DNA of 64,000 bases from NCBI GenBank assembly GCA_963667175.2, contig CAXXXF010000015.1, forward strand, positions 320,001-384,000, read 5' to 3'. The notes below the pieces were generated by a model. The model was not told where the DNA came from and ran no database searches. It was given only the letters and a program-made list of their open reading frames with translations. This DNA is from Candidatus Latescibacterota bacterium. Lineage in GTDB: Bacteria; Latescibacterota; UBA2968; GCA-2709665. A program made the position numbers and the translations under genes. How positions within the stretch are numbered: the stretch's first letter is position 1; each line of letters begins with the position of its first letter. This document shows positions 1-9,168 of the stretch, in pieces.

Positions 1-2
1 CG

Positions 3-407
3 GTCGTCGCGGGACAGGCGGGAAATACAGGCGCGCAGGCCCTCGCCGTTACGTCCCGCGGCCTGGCGCTGCGCGAATTCAGGCCGCGACGATGGTTTCC
101 CGTTGCCCGCAAGGAACTGCTGGCCGGGTTTGTCAACGGACTCGCCGTGGCGCTGGTCGCGTCTCTGGCAGCCTACCTGTGGTCCGGAACCGCCGGGCTT
201 CCCCTCGTTCTGGGCGTGTCCATGGTGTTTTCCATGTCCATGGCCAGTCTCACCGGGGCGCTCATTCCCATTGTGCTTACGGCTTTGGGAAAGGATCCGG
301 CGCAGTCGGCGTCGATCTTCCTGACCACCGTAACCGACGTCATCGGGTTCGTCAGCTTTCTGGGCCTGGCCACTCTGATTGCCCGGTCTTTCGGCATGGC
401 CCTGTAG
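3..407 (+). CDS. mgtE: Magnesium transporter MgtE, C-terminal membrane domain (5' partial)
   Basis: Frame from nt 3 reads VVAGQAGNTGAQALAVTSRGLA...LGKDPAQSASIFLTTVTDVIGF, the MgtE GNxGxQ and DPA...TTxxD motifs. Confidence 0.9.
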   Translation, partial: VVAGQAGNTGAQALAVTSRGLALREFRPRRWFPVARKELLAGFVNGLAVALVASLAAYLWSGTAGLPLVLGVSMVFSMSMASLTGALIPIVLTALGKDPAQSASIFLTTVTDVIGFVSFLGLATLIARSFGMAL

Positions 408-408
408 C

Positions 409-496
409 GTAAGGAAGAAGGAAGAAGGAAAACCGGTTGGTCCTCGTGCGGTTTATCCATCGTATCCTGAAAGGTGGCCTGCCGGCGGACAAACAC
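409..496. repeat. Dispersed repeat family X (GAAGAAG heptamers plus conserved core), copy 1
   Basis: gtaaggaagaaggaagaaggaaaaccggttggtcctcgtgcggtttatccatcg is near-identical to 48002-48085 and similar to 38514-38603. Confidence 0.85.
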
Positions 497-659
497 TCGT
501 TGGAACCGGGTTCCGGGCGGTCCTGGACTCTCGTGCCGGACGGACTCGCGCGGAAAAGCCCCGTCTCCGCCACCGGACGCGTGATAGGGATGTCGTGAAG
601 GACAGCCGTGAGGTTTCGCGGTTTTGGCGCGCAGGGATCCGCAGAGGCTTTTCCTGATT

Positions 660-705
660 TTGCTCCCCCTCTCCCCCCGGGAGAGGGGGCTGGGGGGAGA
701 GGTCG
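660..705. repeat. BoxC/REP-like hairpin (module B), isolated copy lacking the 20-bp palindrome
   Basis: ctccccctctccccccgggagagggggctggggggagaggtc matches the hairpin in the 48966-50913 array units. Confidence 0.85.
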
Positions 706-707
706 CG

Positions 708-1484
708 CTATTTCCCGCCCCCACGATCTGGCTTCAACGTCCCGATCAACTCGATGACGTCGTCCGTAACGTCCATCACATGTACCCCCGCGGGCACGAC
801 AAATTCGAATTTCCCTTCGTCGAACGTCACGTTTGTTTTCATTGTTTCAAACTGCCGCGACAGCAGTTCCCGGCCCTGCGCGTCAAAGTACCTCGTCTCC
901 CGTAACAGACCATCCTCCGGGTGGACCGAGAAACGGACCCTGGCCGGCCGTTCCGGCAGGTCCGCATACAACAGCGTGACCTCGGGTACTGCCTCGAACA
1001 CGCGAAGAATCTCACCCTTCAACGTGTCCGTCCCGGAATAGCGGATCGACTTCCATTTCAGCGACCGGAAGGGCCGCAAGGGATTCGGCTGGTCCGCGTC
1101 CGCCTCCACCTGCGTCGCCCGATAGACCCGTGCCGCGTTGACACGGTAGACGATTTTCTCCTCGGGGTCGTACCGCCACAGCAGGCTGCCGTCCGATACA
1201 ATCGTCTGACGAATCCGGCCGGCCAGCACACGCGCCAGGCGCATCCTGACCGGCGCCTGTATAGAGATATCGTCCAGAATCTCAAATTGCTCGCCTTCCA
1301 CCGTCAGCAGCGTTCTGACCCGCGTTTCACAGGTCTTTACCGATTTCAGCTTTTCCTGAATCACGACCATCAGACCATCGGTTTTGGAATCGCCGGTTGA
1401 CATTTTTTCCGCGCTCGCCCTTCCTCCCATTGCCGTCATGCACAGCGCGAAACAGACCGCCAGCGTTATCCGAACGGGAACCAT
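708..1484 (-). CDS. LolA-like outer-membrane lipoprotein carrier/sorting protein
   Basis: Signal peptide, IVSDGSLLWRYDPEEKIVYR and C-terminal FEFVVPAGVHVMD are typical of the LolA fold. Confidence 0.7.
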   Translation of the reverse strand: MVPVRITLAVCFALCMTAMGGRASAEKMSTGDSKTDGLMVVIQEKLKSVKTCETRVRTLLTVEGEQFEILDDISIQAPVRMRLARVLAGRIRQTIVSDGSLLWRYDPEEKIVYRVNAARVYRATQVEADADQPNPLRPFRSLKWKSIRYSGTDTLKGEILRVFEAVPEVTLLYADLPERPARVRFSVHPEDGLLRETRYFDAQGRELLSRQFETMKTNVTFDEGKFEFVVPAGVHVMDVTDDVIELIGTLKPDRGGGK

Positions 1485-1550
1485 GACGAAACTCCTTTCA
1501 CGGCCGACAGGTTGCGAACTCCTGCCCTCGCATCCATCGTCGGACGCCCG

Positions 1551-2291
1551 CTACAATTTACGGAAGATCACTCCCACAACCAGCCCCGCGGCCAGCGCCA
1601 CGACAACCGAGACCACGCCGTACAAACCGCCGTTCCGGAAGGCGACGTTGGAAATCACCCGAACAATCCCGGTTTTTTCGACGGAAAACATCCGGACCGT
1701 CTCCGAAACCGGGAGGTGTTCCCGGAAGCAATAGAGTGTCGCGCGATAGGTTCCGGGGCGAACTGCTGCCGGAATCGGGAACTCCGTTCGAAACACGTCG
1801 AATGCGCCTTCCCCGTCCGACAACTCAATGGACTCAGGTCGCACCGCGTAGAATCCGCGTTGGGTCTCCAGGCGCAGGAACTCGTTGAACACGAATCCGT
1901 CATCGCCGGGAGGGGACTGTTCGATGGCGACCCTTTGCCGAAGCGCGTCAACTCCCTCCCCGATGGCTTCCAACTGCCGTGCGACGTCCGACGAATCGCT
2001 CGAAGCGGCGATCGCATAAAGGCCCGGCAGCGAGTCGAAGACGACACGGCCTGTGCTCATCCACAAAGGGCCGCGCCTTTCCTTTTTGCGATAGGCGACG
2101 GCGCGCGGTTCCCCATCCAGTTTCAAAACGACCCGGCAATCTTTCGGAACCGCCCCGGTTGCGACAAGCCTTGCACCCCGGAAGAAAAGGTCGACGTCTA
2201 CGCGCGAAGGAGACAGCTGGAGCGACGGTTCCGCCGCGCAGGGCGCGGAAAGAAGCGTCGTCAACAACCAGACCCAGACCCGGCCGGTCAT
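1551..2291 (-). CDS. TIGR02186-like membrane protein accompanying TauE
   Basis: Signal peptide, KKERRGPLW motif and C-terminal TM helix (GGLYGVVSVVVALAAG); overlaps the TauE stop by 4 nt. Confidence 0.75.
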   Translation of the reverse strand: MTGRVWVWLLTTLLSAPCAAEPSLQLSPSRVDVDLFFRGARLVATGAVPKDCRVVLKLDGEPRAVAYRKKERRGPLWMSTGRVVFDSLPGLYAIAASSDSSDVARQLEAIGEGVDALRQRVAIEQSPPGDDGFVFNEFLRLETQRGFYAVRPESIELSDGEGAFDVFRTEFPIPAAVRPGTYRATLYCFREHLPVSETVRMFSVEKTGIVRVISNVAFRNGGLYGVVSVVVALAAGLVVGVIFRKL

Positions 2292-3280
2292 CCGCGACCT
2301 CCCCGGACGCTAAGCAGAACAGGGGGTTCCGAGAGAAGTTCGATCAGCATGATCCCCATCACCAGGAGCACAATCGCCGCGAGAAACATCTTGAACTGCT
2401 CCGCCCCGAGGCGCCGGCCGATCCGCACACCCGCCTGCGTCCCCAGCGTCGAGCCCGCAAGCAGCATCAAGGCAAGCACGAAGTCCACGGTATGATTCGT
2501 ATAGGCATGCAAGAGGGTCACGTTGATGCAGGTAAACATCACCTGCAGCAGGCTGGTCCCGACCACCACCGGCATGGGCATCTTCAACACGTACAGCATT
2601 GTCGGTACCATAATGAAGCCGCCGCCCACCCCCATAATCGCGGCGAGCATACCCACCAGGATTCCGAGGCTCAGCGGAACCAGCACGGACATGGTCGTAC
2701 CGGCTGTTTCGAACCGAATTCTCCACGGCAGCGCCCGGTTGAGCCCGGAGAACCAGGACGCCACTCGCGCCATCCGGTTCACCAGGGCCAGAGGACGTTC
2801 CGCCCAGGTAATCCGGAATTCCTCTCTCGGGCGGCCCGCCGCCTTTGCCGCTGTTCCCGCGCGCAACCCCACGAACCCGTCCACAAACATAATGCCGCCC
2901 ACCGACGCCAGCATGAGCACGTAGCTGATATGGATGACCAGGTCCGCGCTCCCGACGGCCCGCAGCGCCTTGATCAGTTGCACGCCTGCCGTACCGCCGG
3001 CGCCCCCCCCCACAATCAGAACGGCAGCCATCCGCAGATCGACGTTTTTCAACCTCCAGTGGGCATAGACGCCGGACGCCGAGGCCGCCACGATCTGATT
3101 GGCGTCGGATGCCGCGGCAATCGTGGGCGGGATTCCGATCATAATCAGCAGAGGCGTCAGCAGAAACCCCCCGCCCACGCCGAACAGACCGGAAAGCACA
3201 CCCACGCCGGCTCCCAGCGTCAACAGAAGCCACAAATTGACGCTCGTGCCCGCAATAGGCAGATACAAGGAGAGATCCAC
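2288..3280 (-). CDS. Sulfite exporter TauE/SafE family protein
   Basis: LYLPIA start and duplicated GLFGVGGGFLLTP / AIMGVGGGFIMVP motifs; multiple TM segments. Confidence 0.9.
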   Translation of the reverse strand: MDLSLYLPIAGTSVNLWLLLTLGAGVGVLSGLFGVGGGFLLTPLLIMIGIPPTIAAASDANQIVAASASGVYAHWRLKNVDLRMAAVLIVGGGAGGTAGVQLIKALRAVGSADLVIHISYVLMLASVGGIMFVDGFVGLRAGTAAKAAGRPREEFRITWAERPLALVNRMARVASWFSGLNRALPWRIRFETAGTTMSVLVPLSLGILVGMLAAIMGVGGGFIMVPTMLYVLKMPMPVVVGTSLLQVMFTCINVTLLHAYTNHTVDFVLALMLLAGSTLGTQAGVRIGRRLGAEQFKMFLAAIVLLVMGIMLIELLSEPPVLLSVRGGRG

Positions 3281-3554
3281 GCCGTCCTCCTGAAAAACGC
3301 GCTACGAGACGCGAAAGAGACAGATCTCATAATCTCCCACGCGCGGTGAAAAGTCAAGCGGAAACCCGGGTTCAACGTCCGCCCCGGACGCAGGGATCTC
3401 CGCCGGAACGGGGCCCGACCGGGGCAGGAAAGACCGCGGTCGCCCAGTGCTCAGGCCGTTCCAATTTCTCTTTCAAATTCAATCTGCAGACCTTAGATTT
3501 CGATCCGGTTATCCATACGCGCCACCCGTTGCTTCTTCGCTGAGGAGAGGGTCC

Positions 3555-5231
3555 ATGCCTCGCCTGACCGGCGGCCGGTTCATCGCTGAGACGTTTCACG
3601 GATATGGCATTACCCATGTGTTTTTCATGCCCGTGATCGCGCCTCGCGCCCTGATGGAAATGGAACGGCTGGGAATCCGGCGCATTATGACCCACGGCGA
3701 GAAAAGCGCGGCCTATATGGCCGACGCCTATGCGCGCGTCCGCCGGGGCGCGGGCATCTGCATGGCGCAATCCGTTGGCGCCGCAAACCTCGCTGCCGGG
3801 TTGCAGGACGCGTACCTCGCCTGTTCTCCGGTTATCGCCGTCACCGGGCGTCAGACCCAGATCAACCGGCACCGGCACGCGTACCAGGAAGTGGACCACG
3901 TTGCGCCGTTCGATGCCGTCACGAAATACAACGTTCTGGTGGACCGGCCCGAGCAGTTGCCCTATTTCCTCCGGCAGGCCTTCAGGGAAGCCACGACCGC
4001 AACGCCCGGGCCCGTGCACCTCGACATGGCGGGATTCATCGGCGAGGTGGTCGTGAACGACGAAGCCGTTCTGGACGTGGTCGCCGAAGAACCCTTCGCC
4101 CAACTGCCCCCCTTCCGGCCCCAGCCCGATCCGGAAGCCGTTCGCAGGGCGATCGATCTGCTCGCGGCCGCGGAACGGCCGATACTCGTCGCCGGCGGAG
4201 GAGTCATCGCGTCGGGCGCCGGGGCGGAGCTTCAGGCATTCGCGGAGAAGCTCGCCATTCCGGTCGCAACGTCGTTGAACGCCAAAGAGGCCCTTCCCTA
4301 TAACCATCCCCTCGGCGTGGGCGTCTGCGGGCTGTACTCCCGCGAATGCGCGAACCGCGCCGTTTGCGAGGCCGACCTGGTCTTCTTTATCGGAAGCCAC
4401 ACCGGCGGACAGGTCACGAACGACTGGACGGTCCCCCCGGCCGGCACCCATGTCATTCAGCTCGACCTCAACCCGGCGGAAATCGGACGCTCCTACCCGA
4501 TCCGCCTCGGGATTCAGGCCGACGCCAAAGCCGGTCTGTCGAAGCTGATCGACGCCGCGGCCGCGGCCGTCACGCGCGACGACTGGACGTCGCGCGTCCG
4601 ACAACTCACCGCACAGTGGCGGGAAAGCGTGGCCCCGTTCGCCAACTCGGACGAAGTGCCCATCCGTCCGGAGCGCCTCTGCCGGGAACTCACCCGGCGC
4701 CTGCCCTCCGACGCCATTCTCGTTTCCGATACCGGACACGCCGGAATCTGGACCGGCGCCATGATCGATCTCAACCACCCGCGTCAGTCCTACATCCGAT
4801 GCTCCGGCTCCCTCGGCTGGGGCGTTCCCGCGGCCGTCGGCGCCCGGTGCGCCGCTCCGGACCGCCCCGTCGTGTGCTTTACGGGCGACGGCGGCATCTG
4901 GTATCACGTCACGGAACTGGACACGGCCGTTCGAAACGACATTCCCGTTGTGATCGTGGTGAACAACAACCATTCCCTGAACCAGGAAAAGGGAATCAAC
5001 GAAGATATCTACGGAGGCCCGGAACCGGGGTCCGACGAACTCTGGCACATGACCGACGGAGACTTTGCGAAAATGGCGGAATCGATGGGCTGTTTGGGCA
5101 GCACGGTCCGGCGGGCAGCGGAGTTCGGGAGCGCCCTGGAACAGGCGATCGGGTCGGGACGACCCGCCGTTATCGACGTCAAAACCCACATTGACGGGAT
5201 CGCGCCGCAGGCCTGGTCGCCGCCGGACTGA
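3555..5231 (+). CDS. Thiamine diphosphate-dependent enzyme (acetolactate synthase large subunit-like)
   Basis: THGEKSAAYMADAYAR and GDGG...NN ThDP-binding motif; SD GAGGAG upstream of ATG 3555. Confidence 0.88.
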   Translation: MPRLTGGRFIAETFHGYGITHVFFMPVIAPRALMEMERLGIRRIMTHGEKSAAYMADAYARVRRGAGICMAQSVGAANLAAGLQDAYLACSPVIAVTGRQTQINRHRHAYQEVDHVAPFDAVTKYNVLVDRPEQLPYFLRQAFREATTATPGPVHLDMAGFIGEVVVNDEAVLDVVAEEPFAQLPPFRPQPDPEAVRRAIDLLAAAERPILVAGGGVIASGAGAELQAFAEKLAIPVATSLNAKEALPYNHPLGVGVCGLYSRECANRAVCEADLVFFIGSHTGGQVTNDWTVPPAGTHVIQLDLNPAEIGRSYPIRLGIQADAKAGLSKLIDAAAAAVTRDDWTSRVRQLTAQWRESVAPFANSDEVPIRPERLCRELTRRLPSDAILVSDTGHAGIWTGAMIDLNHPRQSYIRCSGSLGWGVPAAVGARCAAPDRPVVCFTGDGGIWYHVTELDTAVRNDIPVVIVVNNNHSLNQEKGINEDIYGGPEPGSDELWHMTDGDFAKMAESMGCLGSTVRRAAEFGSALEQAIGSGRPAVIDVKTHIDGIAPQAWSPPD

Positions 5232-5251
5232 AACGGGAAGGGGATGCCCCT

Positions 5252-6133
5252 GTGCCATCATCAGACGCAGACGGTCTCAAACTCCTGGTCGTGGTCGCCC
5301 ATCCGCACGACCTGTGCCACATGGGGGGCGCCTGCGCCAACCACGTGGATCGCGGCGACCATGTTTCCGTGTTGGCGGTCACCGCCGGGCAGCGCACCCA
5401 TAACGAAAAACTGGCCGACGAACTGCGCAAGCCGCCGGACCTGAGAGACCCAAAGGTCGTCCGCGCATCGCAGGAAGAGTACGGGAAACGCAAGACAGAG
5501 GAATTCGCAAGGGTGTGCGCCGTCTTCGGCATCGCCGACGTGACCGTGCTTCCGTTCTCCGATCATCCCCTCGAGGCAACGGAGGACGTGGTTGCGGCCG
5601 TCGCCGGGGTCCTGTACGAGGTCCGTCCTCACATGATTCTGACCCACGCGCCCTACACCCTGCCCGACCGGCGGTTTCAACATGCGTGGGTCAACGACCA
5701 CACCGCAACCGGCATTGCGGTGCAAAAGGCGCTGGACCACGTGGGCATTCCGGACACCGAGCAAGGCCGCGCGCCCCACCGAGTGGCCGCCGTCTACTAT
5801 ACGGGCATCGATTACGGGTTCCACGAGGTCGACGTCTGCATCGATATCTCCGATCACGTCGACAAGCGGATAGAGGCCGAGAGAATCTTCGAATCCCAGG
5901 GGCACACGGCGGAATTCGCGAGAAAGCGGATCGAGTCCAGCGCCGGATTTCAGGGATGGAAGGCCGGCGTAGGCTACGCCGAGACCTTCATCCGCGGGAA
6001 CCGTGAAATTTCCCGGTTTCTGTCCGTCACCGATGAAAATCTCCGGCTCGCGGAGATCTCTCACGAGGAACGCATTCACTGGATCATGGGACGAGATCCC
6101 CGGAGCGGCGGGGAGGCTGAGGCGGGCGAGTGA
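5252..6133 (+). CDS. PIG-L/LmbE family deacetylase
   Basis: LLVVVAHPHD, TAG, NDH and YAETF motifs. Confidence 0.8.
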   Translation: MPSSDADGLKLLVVVAHPHDLCHMGGACANHVDRGDHVSVLAVTAGQRTHNEKLADELRKPPDLRDPKVVRASQEEYGKRKTEEFARVCAVFGIADVTVLPFSDHPLEATEDVVAAVAGVLYEVRPHMILTHAPYTLPDRRFQHAWVNDHTATGIAVQKALDHVGIPDTEQGRAPHRVAAVYYTGIDYGFHEVDVCIDISDHVDKRIEAERIFESQGHTAEFARKRIESSAGFQGWKAGVGYAETFIRGNREISRFLSVTDENLRLAEISHEERIHWIMGRDPRSGGEAEAGE

Positions 6134-6280
6134 GCCGAAGGGCCCGGGTGTCGCCCGTCGAACGTGCGGTCCGGGCACGCGGGTTTGCTGTTGCCTGCGC
6201 GGACCGCATTCCGCATATTCCCGCATCGACGTACGATCATCGCACGCGCATTCCACAACCCGATGGCAAGGAAGGTCTTT

Positions 6281-7846
6281 ATGCACAACCTCTGTTGTCG
6301 TTCCGTTGTCATTCTCAGTTCGATCCTGCTTCTGATACTCGTCTTTCCAGGGATGGCGTTTGCGCAGGATACCGCCGCTGCCGAATCGGGCAACAGCTGG
6401 ATACAGAGCAACCTCGCCGACCTGGACAGGCTCTTCGGAAACACGGTCGAACTGCTGGCCGCGGTCCTCTTCGCGTCCTTCGGCGCCGGCATTCCGCTCA
6501 TCGTCGTGGTGCTGGTTCTGGGCGGCATCTATTATTCCTTCTTCTTCGGATGGATCTCCGTGAAGGGGTTTCGCCACTCCATCGACGTCATCCGGGGACG
6601 TTACGACAATCCGGACGATCCGGGGGAGATTTCACACTTCCAGGCCCTCACCAGCGCGCTTTCCGCCACGGTCGGACTCGGCAATATCGCCGGAGTCGCC
6701 ATCGCCGTCAGTCTCGGCGGCCCGGGCGCGATTTTCTGGATGCTCGTTACCGCGGTCTTCGGCATGTCCTCCAAGCTCGCCTCGTGCACCCTGGCCGTGA
6801 TGTACAGGAAGATACACCCCGACGGCCGCGTCTCGGGCGGGCCGATGTATTACCTGGAAAACGGTCTCAAGCTCAAGGGCATGGGGGAATTCGGCCGCAC
6901 CCTTGCGGTGATGTTCGCCTTTCTGACCGTGGGAGGAAGCCTGGGCGGCGGCAATATGTTCCAGGCCAATCAGACGCTGGAAATCCTGGGTACCGTTTCT
7001 CCGGTCTTCAAGACCTACAACTGGCTGGTCGGCATCGTGCTCGCCGCGATGGTCGCGGTCGTGATTATCGGCGGAATCCGGCGAATCGGCCGCGTCACGT
7101 CGCGGGTGGTGCCCACCATGTGTCTGTTGTACGTGGCCACCTGCCTGCTGATCATCCTCTCCAACTTTACCCGCATCCCCGAGATGCTGGTCACCATCTT
7201 CGACCACGCCTTTTCGCCCCAGGCGCTCTACGGCGGCTTCATTGGCGTGCTGGTCACCGGTATCCGACGCGCCGCCTTCTCGAACGAAGCGGGCCTCGGA
7301 TCCGCGGCGTTCGCGCATGCCGCCGCCAAGACCGACGAACCCGCCCGGGAGGGAATGGTCGCGATGATCGGGCCGTTCATCGACACGATCGTCATCTGCC
7401 TGATGACGGGTCTCGTCTGTCTGATCACCGGCGTCTACGCTGATCCTCAGTTCCTCGGCCAGGCCCAGCAGGGGCAGCCGGTCGGCGCCGCGATGACGGC
7501 CGCCGCTTTCGAGACCTTCATCCCCGGCGCCCGCAACGTGCTGGCCATTGCCGTTGTGCTCTTCGCGTATTCCACCATGATTTCATGGTCCTATTACGGA
7601 GAGCGGGCCTGGGAGTATCTCTTTGGCGACGGGACGATTCTTGTGTATCGCATCATCTTCGTCGTCTTTGTCTTCCTGGGCGCCGTTACCGCGCTGACCA
7701 ACGTACTGAACTTCACCGACATGATGATTCTGGGAATGGCCTTCCCCAACATCATCGGCGGCGTGATCCTCAGCCCCAACATCAAGGCAACGCTCAACGA
7801 ATACTGGGACCGGCTGAAATCCGGGCGGATGAAAGTGTACAGGTAA
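6281..7846 (+). CDS. Alanine/glycine:cation symporter (AgcS family)
   Basis: ALSATVGLGNIAGVA, GGPGAIFWM, GGPMYYL, FSNEAGLGS and WSYYGE motifs. The start is uncertain. Confidence 0.93.
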   Translation: MHNLCCRSVVILSSILLLILVFPGMAFAQDTAAAESGNSWIQSNLADLDRLFGNTVELLAAVLFASFGAGIPLIVVVLVLGGIYYSFFFGWISVKGFRHSIDVIRGRYDNPDDPGEISHFQALTSALSATVGLGNIAGVAIAVSLGGPGAIFWMLVTAVFGMSSKLASCTLAVMYRKIHPDGRVSGGPMYYLENGLKLKGMGEFGRTLAVMFAFLTVGGSLGGGNMFQANQTLEILGTVSPVFKTYNWLVGIVLAAMVAVVIIGGIRRIGRVTSRVVPTMCLLYVATCLLIILSNFTRIPEMLVTIFDHAFSPQALYGGFIGVLVTGIRRAAFSNEAGLGSAAFAHAAAKTDEPAREGMVAMIGPFIDTIVICLMTGLVCLITGVYADPQFLGQAQQGQPVGAAMTAAAFETFIPGARNVLAIAVVLFAYSTMISWSYYGERAWEYLFGDGTILVYRIIFVVFVFLGAVTALTNVLNFTDMMILGMAFPNIIGGVILSPNIKATLNEYWDRLKSGRMKVYR

Positions 7847-7860
7847 CCGCGCACATCCGC

Positions 7861-7898
7861 AAAAGAGGGGCGCTGCGAGCTGCAGCGCCCCTCTTTTT
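7861..7898. terminator. Bidirectional intrinsic terminator
   Basis: AAAAGAGGGGCGCTGC-gagct-GCAGCGCCCCTCTTTTT is a perfect stem between convergent genes. Confidence 0.85.
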
Positions 7899-8092
7899 AT
7901 TCAGTAAGACGGTAGATGAAAAGCCTGAAAGCGGTGAGACGGGAGAGGCTAGTCGGTAGAGGAAACGACCCGCTGGTTCCGGTCTGCCTATGGCATCCTG
8001 ACAGGGCGCCTGCCGGTGGTTTTTCGGCAGGCCGGGGGGAGAAGGGCGCTTTTGCTTCAAGCTGATGGCTGACCGCTGATCGCTGCTTTTCC

Positions 8093-9067
8093 CTATACAT
8101 CCGCAATCGATACGGGTTCGCCGGTTTCGAGAGACCGGTTCACCGCCACCACGACCTCCTGGGTCTTTACGGCATCCGAGTACGGACATCTCAGCTTCGA
8201 TCCGTCACCGGCACGCACCGCTTCGATGAAGGCGTTATCCATCTCCTGCCAGTACGGGTTGCCGACCTCGATATGTTCTGACCGGTCGCCCAGTACAACG
8301 GTAATGGACTTTCTCTCGTTGTACTGGATCACCATATCTTTCGTGAATATATCCAGCCCGCCGCGATGGCCGCACGACAGGAAACAGGCCGAAAAGAGCG
8401 TTGCCAGCATGCCGTTCTCAAAAATCAACGTCGCCGCGCTCGCGTCTTCGATATCGTAGTCCTCCACATCCGTCATCAACCCCGTACGGCCCCCGGCGAA
8501 TACGGTTTTCACCTCGCCGAACAGATACCGGGCCATATCGGTCACGTGGACCGTCTGCTCGACGGCCTGACCGCCGGACGTCTGCTTCCGCCGCCACCAG
8601 GGGGCGCCCGGCAGCCCGCCCATCCAGTACCCGATGGCCAGCCCGACCGGACGGTCCGCAAGCAGGTCCCGTGTTCTGTCGATAATGTCCAGGTAACGCC
8701 CCTGGAAACCCACGCAGGAGATCACGCCGTGCTCCCGGATGGCCGCGTCTGCCTCCCGCGCCGTATCCATGCCGAGCGAGATCGGTTTCTCCACGAATAG
8801 CGCGATTCCCTTTTCCGCTGCCAGAATCTCCTGCGTCTCGTGCGCAAATGGCGGGATGCAGACGTAGACCGCATCCAATTCCACGTCGTTCAACATGGAC
8901 CGGTAATCCGTGAAGACCCTTGCATCCCACTCCGCCGCGGCCTCGGCGGCCTTCGCCCGTTCCACGTCGCAAATGGCCACCACCGACACGTCGTCCATGC
9001 ATTTCAAATGCCGGCGATGCGCGCGTGAGATATTTCCCGCGCCTATAAACCCGACTTTCACCGTCAT
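8093..9067 (-). CDS. Gfo/Idh/MocA family oxidoreductase
   Basis: VGFIGAGNIS Rossmann motif, EKP motif and GG...EQTVH. Confidence 0.92.
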   Translation of the reverse strand: MTVKVGFIGAGNISRAHRRHLKCMDDVSVVAICDVERAKAAEAAAEWDARVFTDYRSMLNDVELDAVYVCIPPFAHETQEILAAEKGIALFVEKPISLGMDTAREADAAIREHGVISCVGFQGRYLDIIDRTRDLLADRPVGLAIGYWMGGLPGAPWWRRKQTSGGQAVEQTVHVTDMARYLFGEVKTVFAGGRTGLMTDVEDYDIEDASAATLIFENGMLATLFSACFLSCGHRGGLDIFTKDMVIQYNERKSITVVLGDRSEHIEVGNPYWQEMDNAFIEAVRAGDGSKLRCPYSDAVKTQEVVVAVNRSLETGEPVSIADV

Positions 9068-9168
9068 CCGCAGATCCTTTTCAGAATACGATCCCTATCA
9101 GCCCGTTGAAAGAGTCCATCCGGGCTGCCTGCCTGGCCGGCAGACAGGCGGCCGGCGCCGTCCGCCAA

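Noticed and set aside
6134-6280. Glycine riboswitch upstream of the AgcS gene
   Set aside because: Only a ccgaagg fragment is visible; the other conserved aptamer elements were not found.
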